From positions 1 through 64,000 of the forward strand of contig ADNK01002265.1 of NCBI GenBank assembly GCA_000320545.1: a DNA stretch of 64,000 nt, read 5' to 3'. This stretch comes from Bigelowiella natans CCMP2755 (taxonomy: Eukaryota; Protista; Cercozoa). The notes beneath the pieces are model-generated. The model was not told the origin of the DNA. It searched no databases and saw only the letters and a program-made list of their open reading frames with translations. Positions 13,359 through 26,325 of the stretch are shown piece after piece. The first letter of the stretch is position 1. Each line of letters opens with the position of its first letter. The position numbers and the translations under genes are program-made.

Positions 13359-13969
13359 CAAATATATTACATTAGGTTCCACTCTCCAAGGATGAATCCG
13401 ACATCGAATCGTGTGAGGTATGTATCCGTATGTGTATATTATATATACCCTAATCTAAATCAGGAGAATACATCTTCATCGGTCAATTATGTGTATAATT
13501 TACAATTCTACTTGTATGATGATGATGATGATGATGATTATGATGAAAACATAGGTTTGCCAAGTCACTGAATTAGTAGATGGAGGATTGCAGCTCACAC
13601 GGCTCGATGGTAAATTAATTAGCTATAACATCAATTAATTATGTGCTCAATGAGGAGGAGAAAAACGATGTTTTAATAGCTATCATAAAATAATAAAATC
13701 AATGAGGATGATGATGATGCTGCTGCTGCTGCTGTTGCTGCTTTAATATCTTCTTACCATGTTTTTGGAAACTACTGACTAGTTGCAATTGTTATTGTTA
13801 TTATTATTACTAATACACAATTACATATTAGGAACACGTCTTTTGCTACCTCCATATGCTGTAGCACCTGCTTCAGAAGGTTATGATGATGATGGTGATG
13901 ATGATGATGATGATAATACTTTGTGAATATTATTGTTGGGTTATGATATGCACATGTGAAGTAGTAGTT

Positions 13970-14005
<36 letters not shown>

Positions 14006-14104
14006 TCATCGTTTTTGATCATTGTTTGTTTTCAATGAAGTTATCATCTTTCATTTGGTTGTACCACCACCTAGGTAGTCATGTGTCTTAGCATTGATTT
14101 TTAC

Positions 14105-14148
<44 letters not shown>

Positions 14149-14381
14149 ATTCATTGGTGTATTCTTTCTTGTCTCCTCTTTCTGTTGATACACAAATGAT
14201 GTATAGATCTTTCAATCGCTGCTCAGATGAATTGGGCAGCTAAGAGAGGGTGAATATTTGTTGTTTCGTATGCAGAGAGAATGTGTAAGTATTAGTAGAA
14301 ATGTATCCATACTATGTCAATGGTGATGTGTAAGTAGTACTACAAATCTATCCATACTCTACCAATGATCACGACAATAAT

Positions 14382-14415
<34 letters not shown>

Positions 14416-15161
14416 TTTTACTGCTACAACTTACTAATTTCTCACGCACAAACAAGAAGAAAATCATCAGTGCAAACAACAACAACAACAACAATCAACA
14501 TCATCCATACTTCTGTCTATCGTCGTGATCATTGGTGCATGAATGGATTACGAATGCATGCTATTAATATTATACTCATTATTATTTATTATTGGTATTA
14601 TCTAGGGATATTGGGTCAGTAGAGCAATGTTTAAGGGCTGGGGTTCCTACTGATGCAAAGTCAACGTATCATGGAACGCCTCTCCATTTAGCTGCAGAAG
14701 GGTATTATTAACCCTTATCCCTTACAATTCATACGATCAACGAGAGAGTAGTGATATATGAGAAATAATTGTGTGTCAGCTTCGCATTGTACCAGCAGTA
14801 TGATTATCATTATTATTAGAAATTCCAGCTCTCGTATTATTAGCGACTTAGTAGTGAGAGCTTGATTAGTGACGATGTATCATATCACGAGCATTATCTC
14901 GTCATCAAGCAGTAGATTTCACGAATCCTACAATAATAATTTATTTTTATTTTTTTGAGTATCATCTATATATTATGATACTCACATATTATATTAATTT
15001 ACTATTTATTGTTGTCAGTGGATATGTGGCCATTATACGATTGCTACTGAGTTATGGTGCAAATCCAAACGCTTTAGATGGTATTATAGTCCTTGTACAA
15101 TAATCATGATGATGATGATGATGATGATGATGCATGATAAAACCGACTAGAAGTACTACTG

Positions 15162-15192
<31 letters not shown>

Positions 15193-18010
15193 ACATATGC
15201 TGCTGTCTACCTTACCACCCACTACTATTGGTATTGAGAACAACTATCTATTCTAAACAACAACAACAGCAACTACTACCACAACAATTTAGTACTAACA
15301 TTTGATATTATTCACTGCAGCAACAACAACAATTTAACTAATAGCATTTGATATTACTCACAGCAGCAACAACAACAACAAATACATATTATTCACACCA
15401 ACAACAACAATTTAACTAATAGCATTTAATATTACTCACAGCAGCAACGACAACAACAAATACATATTATTCACTGCAGCAACAACAACAATTTAACTAA
15501 TAGCATTTAATATTACTCACAGCAGCAACAACAACAACAAATACATATATCGGTCTAGGTACTCGAAGCAGTCCTCTGCACCTTGCTGCTTGTTACGGTA
15601 AATCATGCTCAACAGTAGTAGCGAATATTAACAACAACAACAACAACAACAACACCGATAAGTGCAGAATAAAGAACGCTGTTTATGAATAATTGGGGTA
15701 GTGATACTTAAATAGATGAGTAAGTAATGGATAATTCGATTATTATACGACAAATCCGTACTATAATGATAAGAATAACAAACACCACAGGGAACACAGA
15801 GGCCATATCGTTGCTGGTACATAGTGGTGCAAAAATAGACTCTATAGAACCAGGTACTACTACTACTACTATTACTACTACTACTACTACTTTCATCATC
15901 ATTATCATATTATCACTATCATCATTATCATCAACCATCACTATTAACTAGGATGGAATCCTCTACATATGCAATGCATGAATAACATGATCACTATCAC
16001 TAATAACTAGGATGGACTCCTCTACATGGTGCTACAAACAATCGTCATCTTGCTGCAGTATCAAGATTGGTTGGCCTTGGTGCTTCCCTGGAACTACCTA
16101 CCCTCCGTAATGAAAGTGCTTTAGAAATTGCAAAAAGAATCAGGGATGCGGACATTCAAAACCTTTTAATTCAGGTATGCTTGCAAATAGTTGCAAATAG
16201 TAGTAACTGTCTACATGACTATGGTGAGCGTGAGTGCTTTTACGATGATACAAGCAGCAACCGTTGTTCTTCTATTATAACGATGATGATGATAATATAT
16301 TCAACAACCATTTGCAGATTATGGATAACTCTCCCAACAGCAGCAGCAGCACCACCACCACTGGTATAAATGCTGCTGATGCTGGTACGACTACCACTAC
16401 TACTACTACTACTACTGGTATTGGTGGCAAGGAGGATAAAGCAGTTGGCCTATTGATTGAATCAACACCAAAGATCGAAGAAGCAACACCTTCTTACACT
16501 ACTACTACTACTAATGATACAATTGCTGATGAGCATCCAACAGTAGTAGTACAACACGATGACTATAGTATGGAAGAATCCAACAAACATCAGAATAACG
16601 AATATGATGTAGTAAGTACTGATAATTTTGAGCAAGAGATAGACCGCGTCGTTCAAAAAGAAGAGGAAAAAGAAGAAGAAGAAGAAGTCAACGAAGAAGG
16701 AAAATACGATGCTGAAAACATCGACGATCAGGACGAGTACATTGAAGTGAATACTGTTCAATTAGGTGGTGATACTTACTTACAATCTGTTGTATGTGGT
16801 GCTACGATGATTCTTAGCTGATTGATTCTATACGTGCTTAAATCACCACCTAATACGGTGGGATAATGTCATCCTACTTTTCCCCATCATCATTTGTATT
16901 AAACTACTGATTAATGTTGTAATCATCAAAGATGAGGAGGAAGCAGTAGCGAATGATAGGAACGAACAACAACTTGAGATAAGGTTGGTGATTAGACAAC
17001 TAATCGAGGATGATTATTATCATCACTTACGTATCATTTTGTTGAGTATTCCTAACATGTAGCTGCTTATCTATTCACCCTAATGTTTTTATTGCTTCTT
17101 TCTTTATCCCTCTCGATGATATATCATAGTAACTTAAAAGAGAGAAGAAAGGAAGAATGCTATTCTTCTTCTTCTTCTTTTCCTTCCCATTCATCTTCGT
17201 TGGGAGGAAAAGAATTAGTAGAAGATTATGATGCAAAACAGCAGCAGCAGCACCAGAATACTCTCATTCATACCAAAGTCAATCTGAAGTCTAAGACCAA
17301 TATCAAAAAGAACAAAAAGTCCCTTAGGAGATCCTCTGTGGGCCAGCTGCCAGTTTCATCATCATCTCCTTCTCCTTCTTCTTCTTCTTCTTCTTCTTCT
17401 TCTTCTTCTACATTATCATCATCACCATCTCCAAACGCAACAACAACAACAACAACAACAAGAACAAGTAATTTTACGACTGGTGGTACTGCAGCACATG
17501 ATGATGATCACGTGGAAATAGCATGTGCCTCTCCGACGATGAAAGCAGCAGCAAAATACTATACTAAGGAAGAGGGAGAAGAAGAAAAAGAAGAAGAAGG
17601 TGATACACAAAGAGAAGGAGGAGGAGGGGGAGGGGATATTTACGACGAAGGAGAAGACAAGAGGAGCTGGATTCAACAGCAGCAGCATAATGACGAAGGA
17701 GAAGACAAGAGGACCTGGATTCAACAGCAGCAGCATAATGACTTTAGGCAGGTGGCATCATCATCATCATCATCATCATCTTCATCATCATTATTATCAT
17801 CAGCTATAGCAGCAGCAGAAGCTACTACTACTACTACAGCTGTTGGTACTGTACCTGATAGCACGACCAGTTCTACTAGTAATAGTGCTGTAAGTTTCTT
17901 CAGCAGTTGTTGTAGGAAATTACTATTTCCAATGATTGGAAAAGAAGAAGTAGAAGTAGAAGTAGAAGAAGAGTGTGAGGATGGTTCCACTGCTACGACT
18001 TCTTCTCCTT

Positions 18011-18042
<32 letters not shown>

Positions 18043-21000
18043 GCTACTACCAAGGGAATGTTCAAGACAAAATCAGAGGAAATACCTACTATTACTACTA
18101 CTACTACTACTACTACTACCAAAGCAGCAATGATGAAAAAGCCATTATTAGCATCTACTAGCTCTGCAACAACAATGGTAAGAAATAAGGGGGGGGGGCA
18201 GCTAAAGACGATGATGAAGGACAGCAGCACCATTAATTCTGCTACTACTGCTACTACAGGTAGTGTGTATATTATCTTGCTAGTAATAGTACTAGTTAAC
18301 TTACCACAAGATGGATGGATGGATGGATGGATGGATGGATGGATGCTGCTTCTGCTACTACTACTACTGATGCTGCTGCTGTTTTGTTTGACACAATAAC
18401 CACACACTAAACGCATATAATGCATTGACAGAATGTCTAATGATCCAGATGATGAATCAGATAATGATGATAATGATGATGATGATAGAGCTACTATTAC
18501 TACTATTACTACTACTACTAGCATTAGTAGTCCCGTTATTTAGTAGTAGTGAATACTAAAGCTGGCGTACATTAAACGCATCATCATCATTACCACCATC
18601 ATGATCATCATCAAAATTTCAATCGTGCATTGCAATACCTATATCATCATCATTATCATCATCATCATCATCATCTAAGTTTCCATGATCATCAATCAAC
18701 CTGGTAGTAATTTGTAAATAGCAAATATGATATATTATTTAGGTTGCTAATCATCCATGTACTCATCAGTTTTTTTGTTTGTTCTATTTCATATACACTT
18801 TGGAAGTAGTAGGTTTGGGAGGAGATGAAGAAGATAACCGTGCGTTTGTCCATGGAACTCCACTCTATAAGAAATATGTCAGAAGAAGAAGAAGGACTGC
18901 TACTTCCAAAGATGATGATGATGATGATGATGACAAATACGAAGGGGAAAGCTATTACGATCTTGGTGATATACACTATGATGAGGTAGTGCTTACTGGC
19001 CAAGATAACATGGTTCTTAACTCAAAGCTCCTCATGAGGTATATAACACTATCATCATAATCATCATCATCATCATCATCATCATCCACCATGATTACTC
19101 GTTATTAGGTACTGGAATCAATGGTATCTGCAAAACAAAACACGTCTCTTGAGGTGGTGTTATAATAATAGCAGCAACAATAATAAATGATGATAATGTG
19201 TAGTATTACATGTTAGTAGTAGTAGTAGTATTGATAGTAGTATAGCAGTGTCTATGATTAACATCATTCTCATTCACATATAAGACAATATAAATAGAAG
19301 AAGAAGCGCTATTTATTCCAAATCTATTAAAACTAACAGATTCATATCTTTTCCCCGTCGCTAATCTCCTCTCACTCCACTATAAAACTTTCTCTCTGCG
19401 TCTTTCTCTCTTTTACCACCTACCTTCTCCTTACCCCCCCCCCCTCCCCACCCCTCTATCATTCTTCTTGATCTTTATCTCTATGCCTCTCCCTCTTATC
19501 AGTTGGGAGACTCGAGCTCCAGCTAACCTTACAAACGAAGAGATGGATCGTTTGACCAAACAACTTGAATTCTATTTTTCGGCCCAAAACTTATATCTGG
19601 ATGTGTACATGCTGGAAAATATGGACGCAGAGGTACTGCTAGCTACTACTACTACTAGTACTAATATTTTGTTATTGATGATAAACGATCATAATAGATG
19701 GTGGTGAAATAATGATATTAATGATTATTGCCACCCTGAAAGGATTCTAAAGGTGATAAATAAGAGCAGTATTGAAGATGATATCAATGAATAGTATGAT
19801 AGTACTCATATGCCGGCTTTAATTGTAGAAATACCATACTGATAATTGTTTCAAGTTCTATTCTTTGTTTTGAAGAAGAGAGGTTATGTTAGATAAATGG
19901 TATGCAGTACATATTACTACTACTACTACTACTAATTGTGTGTTATTATTATGCTTGCATGACGAGTCATGATGATATAATAATACTGCAACTACAACTA
20001 CTGCTGCGTATTTATAAGTAATCATGGTCTAACGAGTATTATAGGTTATCGTTGAATAGTTGTAGTACCGTTAAGTAATGAAATAATGCCCCATTATCAT
20101 CAATCGATCATGATGTCGGTTACTACCTGCCTCCTCCCCCTCCCCCCCCACCTTAGGGTTGGTTTCCAATACGACTGCTGCACAACTTCCAGCGTGTAGC
20201 ACGGTTCAAAGCCAATTCAAAGCAAGTAATTTTTCAGTGTGGGGGCAAAGCACATGACTCCTCTCCCTCTTTCTTTCTCTCTATAAATATAAATATTCTA
20301 ATCTATTCTTTTGTCTTCAAAATAGTCATTAAGCTCAGCAGTGTTAATCAGAGATTGCAATCAATTGCTATTCAATTACTACTGCTACTACTACTAGCAC
20401 TATTACAATATATGCAACAACACTGCCACCACTAATACAATATATGCCAACAAAGCACATCAGATAAAATGTTTGTAAGCAGCAGCTGTGATTAGTTCTC
20501 TTTGTTGCTTGGCTACCTTTCTCCATATTCTATTGTTATATCTCTCTCTAATACATATAGCTATTGGAGGCCATCAGCCGTTCCGACGACTTAGTTGTCA
20601 CAGAGGACCTCAAGTTTATAAGACGCTTTTCGCCGCTGAATAAAACTCACCTGCATCTTAGATTAGCAAGGTAGCGGCAGCGTTATAGCAAAAAGTTAAG
20701 TAGTAAGTACCATTTATGATGGATTACGATGATGCTGTGCTCTGTGATAGTTGTCCTCTTCATAAAATAGAGAATGAAGGAGGAGAGAGAAGAAGTAGCA
20801 GGAGAAACAACAACAACAATAATAATAATAATAATAATGATGAGTCGAGTTGTGACATATCCATAAAACTCTCAATTCATTCTATACCTTTGTTATGATG
20901 ATAATCATTATTATTGCCATACCCCCATCATCATCATTGTCATTGTTCGGTTTAACTGATCTTCTTCTGCACATTATTCTTGTTTTACTGCTGCTTGGCT

Positions 21001-24000
21001 CATGCTGCTGCTCTGTATAGGCCTATCCCCGATGAAGAGAAGGATTTCTCAAACAAGCCTGGTGGTAGTAGTAGCGGTATTAGCGGAGCTATAGCAGAAA
21101 AAGGAATAACAACAATGGAAGGGGGTGGGAGATTCACCAGAAAAAGCCATACCGATGATTGCGAAGAAGGAAGAACAGCTGAAAATGAAAAAACAAAGAA
21201 GTAGAAGAAGATGATGAAGAAGACGATGAAGAATCTTTATATATCCGTGAGATGGTGGATGCGGAAGAATTCGTTCCAACTGCACATGGAATACCTTCTT
21301 TATTTCTCCAAAATCTGCCATCCAATATAAGAGAAAGGAGTGTTGCAGCGGTGACAAAAATAACATATTAATAATAATGTTAATGATGTTAATGATGTTA
21401 ATGATGATGATGATGATGATGATGATGGATTTCTAATAGTGATGATAATGCTGCTTCGTAACAAGAAGAGAGGCTGTGTAAAATAACATTTATATAGGGT
21501 TATTTATTAGAAGGACGACGTTGTGTTGCATTGTATTGTGTTGCTTAGCTAAGACTTAAATTGCTACAGTAGTAATAATAGCTTTTCATGACAGGATGAT
21601 ATAATACGCAATTACATTCATCTCATTGTCTTACAAATGTCATCAAGAATATGCTATCATCATCCACGATATGAACCATCATCTGATAATCATCGTTGGT
21701 TTTAATGATGATTTCGTCTGCTTCTTACAAAACAGGGACTTCTTACCATGTCTCCTAAGTTCTTCAAACGCATTAACATCACATCGCTACCATTTGGATT
21801 GAAGTTTAATGAAGGAACGAAGGTGATAAGAGAGGTGCGACAAGGATCCCATGCAGATAAAGCCGGACTTAGACCTGGATGGGTGCTTCATGCAGTTAAC
21901 GATAACGAAGTCTTTAACTTCAATTGGGAATGGTATAGTCAACCGAACAACAATTATAGAGGAGGATAAGATGAGATCATGATGATGATGATGATGGTGT
22001 TTCTGCATAAATAAGGACAATAATATAGTGCAATATCGTCACATTATATAAATGTTTTAACTGCAAACTGTGAATAGTTTTATAAATCTCTTCATTTTGA
22101 TTGTTTTTATACTTGTTTCTGTTGATCTTTGCCCCTCTTTCTTCTAAATCGATGGATGGTTGCTGCTGCTGCTGTTGTGTCTTTAATAATATCAGGGAAT
22201 ATGACAATGCAGCGTTAGCTCATTCAATAGATACGAGCCGTGAAAGTCGTTGTCCATTCTCTCTCACCTTTCGTATGCCGGATGTAGGCAACGAGTTTGA
22301 GTAATAAATAGTGGATGACATGACAAGCATGTGTGTGTGTTTTTGTGTGTGTGTGTGTGTGTGTGTTCAAGAACAGCTTATCACTGTTGCTAAGCATCAC
22401 GAATGTCATTCTACGATTTTGGGATATGATCATGACCACAGTTCCATTTTCTTTATTTTTGATATTAATTGAATGGATGATGCTAATTTGTGAAATCTTA
22501 CCTTACATACACCGCATTTGTGTTTAATTTAGGTTATATTTACTTTTGGTTTTTAATCTCTTGTTGACCTTCATAAGGAATGATATATGATTATTGGTGT
22601 CATAATGCATGCAGATATGAGCGTCGAGTAGATCCAGAAGAGCAACGTCCTATGATTCTCAACGAGTTTATTAAAAAGTACAAGGAAACTTCAACTTGGG
22701 AGAAATCGGATCATTACGATTTTGTAAGGAGTTCATACCATGTCATTGATGATAATTATAAGCGAATTGAAATGCTATGTAATGATGGCAAAGCCAGAGA
22801 TAATGATAAAGATAATGATAATGATGATGATGACGATGATAATGATGAGGTTGGTATATGAGCTTCTCAAGTGTATTGTTGTGTCTATTCATATGTCTAC
22901 TGCTAATCTGTGTTTTTGCGTGTGTGGAAGCAAAGTTACGAATTATAGTATATGTGTGATTATGTTATTGGTGACGGCAAAGTTGCGAATGATAGGATAT
23001 GTGTGATTATGTAAAAGTATATTTGTGATTATGTAATGATGATAGCACCGCAGGATAATAGTGCTAGTGTGATGACATGGATACTACTAATAATAGTAAT
23101 AATAAGAATTATAATAGAATAACTCATCGATATGCTGTTTCATGATGATGATGATGATGATTATAAAGATGATGACGATGATGGAGGGAATCAAGAAGAA
23201 TTTTCACAATCATTATCATTTTCACAATCAGTTTTTCTCGTTTGGCTTTGACATCATGATTCATTATGATTGATTGTGTATGGTGTACTTCATTTAGGTA
23301 CGGGTTGTTGATATGAGGCAATATCTGAAAGACTACTACCACACTGATGTTGAAGCTATTAATATCAGCAAACGCCTCTATGGTCTCAATGATGACAGAG
23401 GAGAGGAGGAACAAGTAGTAGAGAAACTCCCAGGAATATCATCCCCACCCCCAAAAGAACATTTCCTGAGGCCAACAGGTCGTTCGCATCGGGGATGGGG
23501 GGGAATAGGACGCATGATCTTACCTCTTGCTGATGTACACCAAGATTATTCTGCATCACCAATAAATAATAGTTGTAGCTGTAGGAGTAGTAGTTGTAGT
23601 AGTAGTAGTAGTAGTTTATAACAACAGCTCAATAGCGAGTGGTAGGTAGGTTGTTGGGCTAGTATGTTAAATGTAGTGTTGTCTATGTCAATAGTCTTAC
23701 ATTGCTTCTATGCTTTAACTCAAACGATTTCTCTTTGTGATCATTGCTCTCTCTCCCTCACCCACCTAAGGACCACCCCTTTAATTTACTTCTTGATGTC
23801 TTGTATTCGATTTTTCTTTCTTTCTTTCCTTACACGTTTTCACTACTCTATTGAACATGAAGTGATGATGATGATTAACGATGATTATGATGGTATGGTG
23901 ATAATAAGCTCAATACGAATACGTGCAAATGGAAGAAGACGGCCTTCCTACTCAATTTTCACGATTTGAGAGCGAAGCTGATAAAGATAGGTGGGAGGAA

Positions 24001-24708
24001 CGACAACGTTTTATTAAGATGATGGAACGTGGTCACTCCTCCTCTCCAAATCTTCAGCTCAATGCTCCCATGCAAGTTGGCGAAATAGGTATTATTAATA
24101 CTACTACTACTACTACTACTACTACTAATAGTAGAGATAATGATGGTGATGAAAGCATGAACAAGTAATTTTGCCGCCGTCGTTTCCTTTTTGTCGTTGC
24201 TATATATAGTAGGAATTTCATCATCATCATCATCCTTACCATCATCATCATTATCATCATCGATATACTGTGGTGATTGACCGATCAATCGATCACCACC
24301 ATACATTAGTCGTCATTCCCACGATGTTGTTGTTGTTGTTGATGTTGATGTTGTTTTCATGTAATGACTTGTTAAAACGTCGTCATCTTCTTTCTCCCTC
24401 TTGTTCTTTTTATTCATATGTAGTTGATCCTGAGGACCTTGAACTACGAATTGATCCTACCGATGGTAAACCCAAGAATCAATTCCAATTTTACGACAAG
24501 TACAAAGGCTCTCATGAGTGGTAAGTAGGATTTAATAATAATATACCTGCTATTGGTTAGGATCCTCATCTTGCAGTAATAGTAGTGTAAAGTATATGGT
24601 GAATGATAGTAAAAGCAAAATGATGATGATGATATTGATAATGATGATAGTGGGGATGATGATGATGATATCATGATAATGATGCCCCACAGCTGCTACA
24701 TGTCACAT

Positions 24709-24779
<71 letters not shown>

Positions 24780-26293
24780 TAAATAATGATAATAGTGGGG
24801 ATGATGATAATACCCATATTCGCTAGTTAGTAGGAGTCGATGAGAGCTGCTTCATGATATTAAATGATGCTTGCTATCTATGCGAATATGTTCCTATATA
24901 CCATGCTGCTATAATCAGTTCTTTCTTTTTCTTCTTCTTCTTCTTCTTCTTCTTCTTCTTCTTCTTCTTCTTTTCCTTGCTCATCAAGGCGTTCTGCTGA
25001 TGTTCATCGCGAGTATGAAGAAGGCCGAGGTGATAGGGAGCGAGCTGCTATACTCACAAATGCAGCAGTGGCAGCAGCAGCAGCGGCTAAAACAGCACCT
25101 GATTCTGAAGATGATGGAGATCATAAACCTGGTCCCTCAATTATGCACGCATCGTTCCATGGAGAAATGTGCAACAAGATTAAGGAGAAGGAGGAGAAGG
25201 AGGGAACGAATGTTGGAAGTATAGCAGCAGCAATTAATTACTACGACGAAAATAACAACAACAACGTAAAAATAGCAAAATCAGCAGGAACAGCAGAAGA
25301 AGAACAAGGGCTTCTATGGATGGGGCCTGGAATCGGCGAAAAAGAACTTCTTCCAGAGCACAAGCATTTGATGAAACAGTTAGAAAGGAAAGTGGTGATA
25401 TCAGAATATCCTAAAGAAGCAGGTGGTGATACAAGACTACTCCCAACGATGATGGTATTCTCCCAAGGGGAAAATCACAATGATGATAATCAGGAGAATG
25501 ATGGCTATGTTGCTGCTGCTGCTGCAAGTGATTACTACAACGGAAGAGGAGAAGTAGTAGACCGAGGAGGAAGAAGAAGAGACGATACAGGAAGGAATGA
25601 TGGGAACGAGTATGTAAGAACAACTATGAAGAAAGAAGGAAGATGCATTCAACGAGAAGATGAGCAAAATCTTAAACAATATAGCGGTGCAGGAACTAAG
25701 AAGAAGATTCCTCCTCTTCCTCTTCCTACCCTTCAACGACAAGTTGCACAAAGACAATGGAAGGATGATGATGATGATGATTGGGAACACCATCATCATG
25801 GACCGATGCTAGCAGCAAACAAAGGCAAGCAACATCATCAGGTATTACTATGAAACTAGAAGAGGGAAAGAGAGAGAGAGAGAGAATGAGGCTGTTGTTG
25901 GCCTGTTTTCTTGTTGATACTAGGTTGTGTAGCAGTCCTATCATCGCTATAGTTGATCATTGTCATCATCATTTAGTTCTTGTTCTGGTTGCTATCTCCG
26001 TTGTTATTTTCTCTCTTTCCTCCTTTTTTAGTTCCTTACTCGCCAAGATATTAGCACAACAAGCAACAAATATATTAAATCAAGACAACAACAAGGGGAC
26101 GATGACGATGACGACGCTCGTTTTTTCCAAAAGCTTGCAATGCATGCAAAACAAGATCTGACAGCAAGTAAGCAGCACTATTACATCATTACTTCTCTCT
26201 ACTACTATTGGTGAGAAGACCAGACTCACACTCACACACACACCCATGCACATACACATACATACACACACACCTATACACACATACACATAC

Positions 26294-26325
<32 letters not shown>

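Noticed and set aside
18433-18543. MSNDPDDESD.. as the start of a separate La-motif gene
   Set aside because: It ends in a stop within ~110 nt, and the upstream exon (18259, phase 1) joins the 18813 exon in frame; treated as intronic, though not excluded.
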